In this document: piece after piece, positions 26,197 through 32,919 of the stretch | Numbering within the stretch: position 1 is the first letter of the stretch | Layout of the letters: the number at the start of each line of letters is the position of its first letter | Virus record (IMG/VR): IMGVR_UViG_3300044453_000318 | Location: 1-32,919 of that record | DNA: 32,919 nucleotides | Reading direction: 5' to 3' (one strand) | Source of the DNA: a virus | Taxonomy: Duplodnaviria; Caudoviricetes | The notes under the pieces: model-generated | What the model was told of the DNA's origin: nothing | Databases searched by the model: none | Seen by the model: the letters and a program-made list of their open reading frames with translations, nothing else | Program-made: the position numbers and the translations under genes

Positions 26197-26704
26197 AACA
26201 CAGCTACCGAGTTGGCTCGATGGTGCCAACGTGACAAAACTAGCAAAAGCCGCAGAGCAATACTGGCAAAAAGTAGAGCAGCAATTACAACACTGGCTCA
26301 CTCAGCAGCAAAGCGAAACAGCAAGCACCGCAATTTTAGACTTACTAGCGTGGGAACGTGGCATACAACGCTTACCGAATGAAGCCTACGCACTCTATGC
26401 AAAACGTGTACAGCTCGCACATGTTAACGCAAAAGACAGCGGCAGCGCACAAGGGCTAGAACGAATTTTTAAACGCTTGGGCTTTGGTTATGCCGCAGTG
26501 AATGAACGGGTACCTGGTCTAGAGTGGGATCAAATTCAAATCGAAATGTTAGAGAGTGAGTTTGCGGGTAAAGAAGCATTAGTGCTTGAACTTATACAAA
26601 CATACGGCAAAACATGCCGCCGTTACTTACTCAATGCGTTAGCAGCAGTTGCAACCGCAGAGGCCGCAGGCTTAATAAATTTCAATAAGGAAGTCGTAAA
26701 GTGA
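26189..26704 (+). CDS. Tail/baseplate protein (gpI-like)
   Basis: LDLLAWERGIQR, AHVNAKDSGS..IFKRLG, YGKTCRRY. Confidence 0.9.
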   Translation: MDKTQLPSWLDGANVTKLAKAAEQYWQKVEQQLQHWLTQQQSETASTAILDLLAWERGIQRLPNEAYALYAKRVQLAHVNAKDSGSAQGLERIFKRLGFGYAAVNERVPGLEWDQIQIEMLESEFAGKEALVLELIQTYGKTCRRYLLNALAAVATAEAAGLINFNKEVVK

Positions 26705-29412
26705 GTACGCTAACAATCACAAACGCAGGGCTTGACTATAAAAATGCAGTCTTAGCGGGCACAGAGCAAACCAATATTACACATATGCTGTTTGCCAATG
26801 TACCAGGCATTGACGCAACCACAGCGCCTAGTGTTGAAAGCACCATACCTGAACAACATATTGTACATTCGCAAACAGTTAAACGTGTGAGCAATTTAGA
26901 TGGCAATGCGCTTGTTATATCAGCAATACTTGATTACAACATCGGCGACTTCGAATTTAACTGGTTCGGCGCCGTTGCAACCAAAGGCGATGGCGAGCAA
27001 ATACTCGTTGCAGTTGTACACACTCACCCGCAAACCAAAACAAAAACGAACGGGCCAAACGTTGGCGACTACTCAGTAAAATCAATAGTTTGGCAATCAC
27101 AGCAACTGGGCGAAAATGTCGCGGTAAATATAGCAACACAACCCTGGCAGGTCGAAAACGACGTGTTTGCAACCATTGAGCATGTATCAAATAGTTACCT
27201 TGGCAAAACAGCAAAAGCCGCAGACTCAGCAAAACTCGAAGGCAAAACCAAAGCGCAAGTCATTAGCGAAGCGAGAAACGGGCTTTTAAAGTCTAATGGC
27301 AGTAAAGATTTAACTATAACAAAAGATAGACCAAAAATTTATTTCAATAGCAGCCATGACACAGGAATCGATGTCTCAATAGGCGTCGAAGGTGAGAATT
27401 TCTTTATAAGAGAGCCGGAGGAAGGAAATAAAGAATGGTTCAAGATACGAGATGATGATAACGCGTTTATTTTTGGTCATGCTGTATATCATACGGGGCA
27501 TAAGCCTACACCGTATGATATACACCCCAAGTTACAACAACTCACTTCAAGCGGTTTTCATTTCACCCCCAATGATTTAAAGATACACAATAAACGCGCA
27601 CTTGTCGGTCATACCCATGATGATGATAGACAAAGTAAATTTTATGTTAATTATGGAGATGATTGGGAGAATGTTTGGGCAGGTGGCACTTGGCATTTTA
27701 ATCACCCCATCAAAATCAAAGGCGGCAGCTTAGATTATAAAGCAAGCACCCAAGGTGGTACGTTTAAGCTTAACACAGAAAATGGTTGTCTTTTTGTTGG
27801 CCCACAGAACAATAACTATTGTCATTATGAAACAGACAAGCCAAAGCATTGGTTTAACAAACCGGTTTGTGTCGCTGGAGAAATTTATGCGGGTTCGGCC
27901 TATAACAAGCGTGTTTTTCATCAAGGTTTTTTACCTACAACTGGCGAGCTAGGTGTATACAGTAAAGTAGAATCTGATAGCAACTACCTAGGCAAAACTG
28001 CCAAAGCCGCAGATTCAGTGAAACTCGAAGGTAAAACAAAAGCGCAAGTCATTAGCGAAGCGAGAAACGGGCTCGCTCAAGTAAACTCATCACCAACATT
28101 TAAAAATGCAACATTTGACAATGGCACCAGCACCACAGTTAATATTAATGCCGATAGCAACGGTATGGCGGTGCTGAATGTGTGTTCAGGAACGAGCGAT
28201 GCACAAACCACAGGTCGTGTATATGTGGGGCAATCGTTAAATCATGGTGGCGGCATTGAATACAATGGTGACAATAACCCAGTAACCACGGGGGCTGGTG
28301 CTGATTACGTTACGTTATTTCGCTCAAAAGAAGGGAATGTTCATTGGACAGCTAGGAATTATTTTGCAAGTAACAACTGGGAGTTTAGAAACGAAGTAAA
28401 AGCCCAAAACTTTAAAGAAGGTACTATTTTACTTCAAGACAAATACCACCCAAAAAGCGACAAGCTTGCTCGATTTGAAAGTTCATTGATTGACACAAAC
28501 GGCGGTCAAGATTTATTTATTCGCAATAAACGGGCATTAGTGGGGCTTGTTGATGGATTGTCAATCAACCACGGAACAGACTGGCAAAATGTTAGGGCAA
28601 GCGGCAAGTGGCATTTTACAGATGAAATTAAAGCAAATGGTGACATTACAGTCACTAAAAACAACCCATGGCTAACGCTCGATAGTTCACGTACTGGCAA
28701 TGCTCACAATGAACAGGCTGCGGGAATCTCATTGGGTGAAAATGGTCGCAACGGAGGCGCATCATTACATCTAACCTATACAGGCGATGGCTACAGCTAT
28801 ATCGGCATGGGCGGTTTAGGCTCAGATAACATTGCAGATAACTGGGCCATGAAAATGCAATATCAAAGCACATGGGTTCAGTTTCGCAGCGCAGTGTTAC
28901 TTGGGAATGGCAATACCAACTTATCAAAAGGGAGTCATAATTCACTTAGAATTAAAACAAACCACGGCTATGTTGATATTGGCCCTCAAAACTCAGGCTT
29001 TTGCCATTACGCAACATCTTTGTCAAACCACTGGTTTAATAGAGATATAAAAGTCAAAGGTGAAATTTACGCGGGCCCAGACTACAACAAACGCGTATTA
29101 CATGAGGGCAACATCTCAAGCTATGCAGAAAAGCGCACAGTGAAAGCCAGCGGCACACTCACAGCAAACAGTAAAAACCACTTAACCGCCACAGCCACAT
29201 TTACATTGCCAGATGTGACAAATCTAAGCGAAGGCACCACAGTCGTTACATCAAAAGCCATGGCAGTAACACCCACAATTAAAACCCATGGCACTGAGCA
29301 TATCGCAATGATGCGCGGTACAACCATGCTCACAGACACCAGCGTGCTATTCGATAGACATTGCACGCTCACATTTATATTAAATTCAGCAAAAAATTGG
29401 GAGATGCAATAG
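26701..29412 (+). CDS. Tail fibre protein
   Basis: N-terminal ITNAG..FANVPG..IGDFEFNWFG anchor domain followed by modular repeats. Confidence 0.92.
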   Translation: MSTLTITNAGLDYKNAVLAGTEQTNITHMLFANVPGIDATTAPSVESTIPEQHIVHSQTVKRVSNLDGNALVISAILDYNIGDFEFNWFGAVATKGDGEQILVAVVHTHPQTKTKTNGPNVGDYSVKSIVWQSQQLGENVAVNIATQPWQVENDVFATIEHVSNSYLGKTAKAADSAKLEGKTKAQVISEARNGLLKSNGSKDLTITKDRPKIYFNSSHDTGIDVSIGVEGENFFIREPEEGNKEWFKIRDDDNAFIFGHAVYHTGHKPTPYDIHPKLQQLTSSGFHFTPNDLKIHNKRALVGHTHDDDRQSKFYVNYGDDWENVWAGGTWHFNHPIKIKGGSLDYKASTQGGTFKLNTENGCLFVGPQNNNYCHYETDKPKHWFNKPVCVAGEIYAGSAYNKRVFHQGFLPTTGELGVYSKVESDSNYLGKTAKAADSVKLEGKTKAQVISEARNGLAQVNSSPTFKNATFDNGTSTTVNINADSNGMAVLNVCSGTSDAQTTGRVYVGQSLNHGGGIEYNGDNNPVTTGAGADYVTLFRSKEGNVHWTARNYFASNNWEFRNEVKAQNFKEGTILLQDKYHPKSDKLARFESSLIDTNGGQDLFIRNKRALVGLVDGLSINHGTDWQNVRASGKWHFTDEIKANGDITVTKNNPWLTLDSSRTGNAHNEQAAGISLGENGRNGGASLHLTYTGDGYSYIGMGGLGSDNIADNWAMKMQYQSTWVQFRSAVLLGNGNTNLSKGSHNSLRIKTNHGYVDIGPQNSGFCHYATSLSNHWFNRDIKVKGEIYAGPDYNKRVLHEGNISSYAEKRTVKASGTLTANSKNHLTATATFTLPDVTNLSEGTTVVTSKAMAVTPTIKTHGTEHIAMMRGTTMLTDTSVLFDRHCTLTFILNSAKNWEMQ
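27196..28073 (+). repeat. 89-bp direct repeat in the tail fibre gene (27196-27284 and 27985-28073)
   Basis: Both copies encode YLGKTAKAADS(A/V)KLEGKTKAQVISEARNGL and lie 789 bp apart in frame. Confidence 0.92.
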
Positions 29413-29795
29413 TGAGCACAAGTGTTAGTGAACTACTCAATAATAATAGTTGGGCGATGAGCGGTAAATTAAAAAAAATTAGAAAATCAATATATAAACA
29501 AGAAGACTACATTACTGTACTTGAGCTTGAAAGCCCAATTATGATCATGACATTACACTGTACTAGATCAAGTTCAAATAGCTCAGATAAATGTTGGGTT
29601 AGATTGACAAAAAATGGCATAGCTTCAGAACATCAAGTTCCAAAAGGAAAATTGATCGGGATACATACGGGTAGTAATTTCCCCGGGCCATGCATCCCTC
29701 CCGAAACATGGCAAAGAACAAAAGTAGAAATAAAGAATCTTTCAGAGGTTAATTTTGTAGTTAATGTCGATTATTTTGACATGACAAGAGTATAG
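29412..29795 (+). CDS. Tail-fibre-associated hypothetical protein
   Basis: The GTG at 29412 overlaps the fibre stop codon. The gene is AT-rich. Confidence 0.65.
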   Translation: MSTSVSELLNNNSWAMSGKLKKIRKSIYKQEDYITVLELESPIMIMTLHCTRSSSNSSDKCWVRLTKNGIASEHQVPKGKLIGIHTGSNFPGPCIPPETWQRTKVEIKNLSEVNFVVNVDYFDMTRV

Positions 29796-29830
29796 AGAAC
29801 ATCAGTTAATTTTAAATATTAAGGATAAAA

Positions 29831-30175
29831 ATGAACACATTTACAGCAAAATTTACAGACGTACACGGGCTTTCTCATGATGCAGCAGTAGTGCAAATTA
29901 AACGCGCAAACTGTAATAACTCAAATAGCATTGAGCTTAATCAAGACAGCGATAAAACGTTACAGTCACACAGTAACCAAAGTCATTATGTAAATTATGA
30001 AATGCAGTATTGGCCAAGCCAGCGACATAAAGATGACAACAACGAACCGCTTGTTTATGTCACTAACACAAACGGTTATACATCAAGTGATATTCATTTT
30101 GAAAGTGACACAGAGCTTAAAACCCAAGCGCAATTAGAAAGCGCTGTTGAAACACATTTTAGAAGTTTGCTTTAG
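29831..30175 (+). CDS. Hypothetical tail-region protein
   Basis: 114-aa ORF with AAGGA RBS. Confidence 0.75.
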   Translation: MNTFTAKFTDVHGLSHDAAVVQIKRANCNNSNSIELNQDSDKTLQSHSNQSHYVNYEMQYWPSQRHKDDNNEPLVYVTNTNGYTSSDIHFESDTELKTQAQLESAVETHFRSLL

Positions 30176-30807
30176 TGTCTGCACTTTACTGCATAGCGCA
30201 CCACAGCTACCAAGTACCCGCAGCGCTAACCAGTGCGGCGGGGGCTTCTGCTATAGCAACCGCAATTAAAGACAAAACCCGAAGTGATAAACCCAAAGAG
30301 TTTAACGCCTTGGTATTGTGTGCAATAAGCACAAGTGCAAGCGGCTTACAAAAGCAACTAAAAAGCATTAACACCCATTGTGCGATACCCGCATTTTTAA
30401 CCGCAGCACGGTACGCAAGTGCAGAGCAAACACTAAAACAAGATCAATTTGCAGAGCTAAGCGGCCAATCGCTAGAGTGGTCAAAAATCACCACCAATAC
30501 ATTACCGCTCGTTGCTAAAAAAACACATGCCGATGCGTTAGCAAAAGTAAATGAGCAGGGTAAAAACCTAATTACTACTATTGACGATGTTTTAGCACAA
30601 GCACAGCAATTAAAAAGTGATCGCGACCGCCGTTTAAACACCGAGTCATTGCCGGTTGTGACAATCAAAAAGCACTCAATGAGCGCAAGCAGCGCCAACA
30701 CACTGGCCCAATCAATAAGCCAACTTGGTGATAACAACATGCACTGGGCCTTTGCCGTGTTCGTAGGCGCCCAAAACGAACTTGATAAAATCAGCGAGGT
30801 ATTATGA
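30175..30807 (+). CDS. Hypothetical tail/baseplate-region protein
   Basis: 210-aa coupled ORF, syntenic with the HP1/K139 distal tail genes. Confidence 0.7.
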   Translation: MSALYCIAHHSYQVPAALTSAAGASAIATAIKDKTRSDKPKEFNALVLCAISTSASGLQKQLKSINTHCAIPAFLTAARYASAEQTLKQDQFAELSGQSLEWSKITTNTLPLVAKKTHADALAKVNEQGKNLITTIDDVLAQAQQLKSDRDRRLNTESLPVVTIKKHSMSASSANTLAQSISQLGDNNMHWAFAVFVGAQNELDKISEVL

Positions 30808-31289
30808 CTATCTCAATTAATGGCTGGCAAATACCAGGTTACGACACCAAAGTAAGCGCGGGTGTAAAATTAGCTGGCGGCGATCTCTCAGGCTTTGGCA
30901 GTTTTGCCCTAAGCAGCGACAACGGCGTAAAACCCGCAATCTTGACTGTAAAAACCAAAATCGCTTTAGTCGATGCCGCAGAACTGGCCGATTTAATCGC
31001 CAAAGCTAAAGCACTCAATGAGCACGGCGCACGCACTGAATACACTATTAATAACAGTGTGGCCGAGGCGTATAAAATCCGTAAAGCCAAGTTCGATGGT
31101 GAAGTAAAGGCCACCGAGCTTGACGAGGTTAAAGCCTGGCAAGTAGTGTTTAAGTTGCTAGAGGTCAAATCAGTCTCAGAGCGCGAGCAACAACACATAG
31201 ATAAAACCGCCAATGCCAACAGCACCAAACAAGCCAACACAGGCCATGAACAAGTTCAACAGCAATTCGAACAAGTCGAAGGGCCATAA
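30804..31289 (+). CDS. Putative baseplate component (HP1-type)
   Basis: DLSG..SSDNGVKP, AWQVVFKL.E..SVSE. Synteny. Confidence 0.65.
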   Translation: MTISINGWQIPGYDTKVSAGVKLAGGDLSGFGSFALSSDNGVKPAILTVKTKIALVDAAELADLIAKAKALNEHGARTEYTINNSVAEAYKIRKAKFDGEVKATELDEVKAWQVVFKLLEVKSVSEREQQHIDKTANANSTKQANTGHEQVQQQFEQVEGP

Positions 31290-31291
31290 AC

Positions 31292-31999
31292 ATGAGCGCC
31301 CGATTAAACAGTATTTTAAATATTAATGGTCTGCCGGCTGTTACTGTCGTTAATAAACAAATCCAACTCGATTTAAATAGCACAGGCCGCGCCATGTTTG
31401 AGGTAGTCACAGAGCAAACCCCAACAGGCCTAGTTGAACTGCATTTGGGTTACACAGTCGATAACATGCAGCCGTATTTTTTGGGGGTGATCGAATCAAA
31501 ACACCAAAGTAACGGTCGTTGGTTTTTAACGTGTCGCGAGTTAATAGGCGCCCTAAGCTTTAGCGCTCCCATTGCCATACGCCATGCCACAATTAACCAA
31601 GTGCTTAGCGCACTCAATAACAACATAGAGTTTATAACGCCCGACAATAACAGCGCTGATTATATGCAAAAAGTGGTACCACACTTTTACCACAGTGGCA
31701 CAGGCATCGAGGCACTTAAACAAATAGGCCGAGTTTACCAAATACCCCAGTTTATATTTCAACAACGGCCCGATTGTAAAATTTACGTGGGCAGTTGGCA
31801 GCACAGCCGCTTTGCACAAAATAGCATTAGCGATTACCCAGAGCATACAATCAATGCCACATCATCAACCACCGGCACACTGGTCGCAGTACCAAAATTG
31901 AGACCTGGTATAAAAATAAATGATCGCTTTATCACGGAAGTCACACTCAGTAACGATAGGATGCAAATAAGATGGTCAAAACAGCTATTAAGCGCTTAG
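31292..31999 (+). CDS. Putative baseplate hub (gpD-like, HP1-type)
   Basis: GRAMFEV, LTCRE, PHFYHSGTG, QQRPDCKIYVGSWQHS, PKLRPG. Confidence 0.7.
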   Translation: MSARLNSILNINGLPAVTVVNKQIQLDLNSTGRAMFEVVTEQTPTGLVELHLGYTVDNMQPYFLGVIESKHQSNGRWFLTCRELIGALSFSAPIAIRHATINQVLSALNNNIEFITPDNNSADYMQKVVPHFYHSGTGIEALKQIGRVYQIPQFIFQQRPDCKIYVGSWQHSRFAQNSISDYPEHTINATSSTTGTLVAVPKLRPGIKINDRFITEVTLSNDRMQIRWSKQLLSA

Positions 32000-32919
32000 T
32001 ATTACGCTACTTTCCAGAGCTTGGCGAGCGTAAACACTTACCGCAGCTTGCACGTATTGAGGCAATCTACGATTTACCAACCAATGGCGCAAAAATAAGT
32101 ACTCCATTTAGGCCCTATAAGGCCGCTGATATACAGCTTTTAAACCCGCACACTTGCGAGCCCTTAAACGTGCCTATTTTTCAACAAGTGACTATCGCAA
32201 CAGGCCAAAGCCACGACTCAGGGCTAATAAACGAACCACAGCCTGGTATGCACTGTTTAATACAATACATAGACGGCCTCAATTCACTGCAGGTTATTAC
32301 AAGTATTTTACCTTGGCAATCACTGGTACCAGAGTACAAACACACCGATGTATCACTAAAACAAAACAGCCGTTCGCAAATTAAAGGCAGCAATGGCAAT
32401 TGGGATATACAAACCGACGGGCAAATAAACCAACAATGTGATGAAAGCAATGTTGAAGCCAGGTCACGAACTGAGCAGTTTACAGAGCGCCAGACAACTA
32501 TACAAAGCCACGATAATGTAAAAATAGATGGCAACCAAATAGCTGAGGTCATGGGCGCACTAAAAACCATCGTCGGCGAAAAAGCATTAATTGCAGCTTT
32601 GGAAGGGCTAGAACTGGGTAGCCAGAAGCATATTAATGTAAAAGCGCATGAGAATATAAACATCGACACACTAAAAACCCTTCATGCAAAAGCAAGTGAA
32701 CTTGCTAAGGTGGAGGGATCCACAGTGTGGCTAGGTGACAACTCAGTCAACGCTCTTCAAATACTGGCCGATTTAATCAAGGTGGTATCCGACACCAATA
32801 AAACATTAGCAGCCCACATTCACCCTCCAGGAGAACCGCCAGCTCAAAAAGGCGACTTCACAGGTTACAAAAGCAAAAGTGATGCGCTTAAAAGCAAACT
32901 TGATCCCATTGTTGGCTGA
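31972..32919 (+). CDS. Putative baseplate spike (gpV/Gp5-like, HP1-type)
   Basis: FPEL..HLP, TPFRPYKAADIQLL, beta-rich C-terminal half and HIH near the end. Confidence 0.75.
   Translation: MVKTAIKRLVLRYFPELGERKHLPQLARIEAIYDLPTNGAKISTPFRPYKAADIQLLNPHTCEPLNVPIFQQVTIATGQSHDSGLINEPQPGMHCLIQYIDGLNSLQVITSILPWQSLVPEYKHTDVSLKQNSRSQIKGSNGNWDIQTDGQINQQCDESNVEARSRTEQFTERQTTIQSHDNVKIDGNQIAEVMGALKTIVGEKALIAALEGLELGSQKHINVKAHENINIDTLKTLHAKASELAKVEGSTVWLGDNSVNALQILADLIKVVSDTNKTLAAHIHPPGEPPAQKGDFTGYKSKSDALKSKLDPIVG

Noticed and set aside
27196-28073. Tail-fibre repeat as a DGR template/variable pair or an invertible shufflon
   Set aside because: There is no reverse transcriptase or invertase, the differences are not adenine-specific, and the repeats are direct and in frame.
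1-32919. Integrase, att sites, tRNA or rRNA genes
   Set aside because: None was recognised. The integrase probably lies left of the window, so prophage boundaries cannot be set.

Overview
The window is almost a complete P2-like (HP1/K139-type) temperate myophage genome, probably a prophage of a marine gammaproteobacterium. Pseudoalteromonas is a guess from general resemblance and cannot be shown here. No integrase or att site lies inside the window. From left to right it holds: an accessory three-gene module (48-aa double-glycine-leader peptide missed by the ORF track, a multi-TM membrane protein, a membrane-anchored protein); three tandem paralogous P2 C-like repressors; the switch region; two AlpA/Cox-like regulators; early genes (gpB-like, adenine MTase, DEDDh exonuclease, an unusually long repeat-containing gpA); an AT-rich moron; Ogr; cos; a PapB-like regulator; a leftward terminase-portal-holin operon carrying a catalytically degenerate copy of the terminase nuclease domain and a second MTase; and rightward head, tail, baseplate and tail-fibre genes. 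The best candidates for undescribed biology are the peptide/membrane module facing the repressor triad (possible peptide signalling into lysis-lysogeny control) and the dead terminase-nuclease paralog inserted with a 45-bp duplication. All functional calls come from motif recognition by eye, with no database searches.
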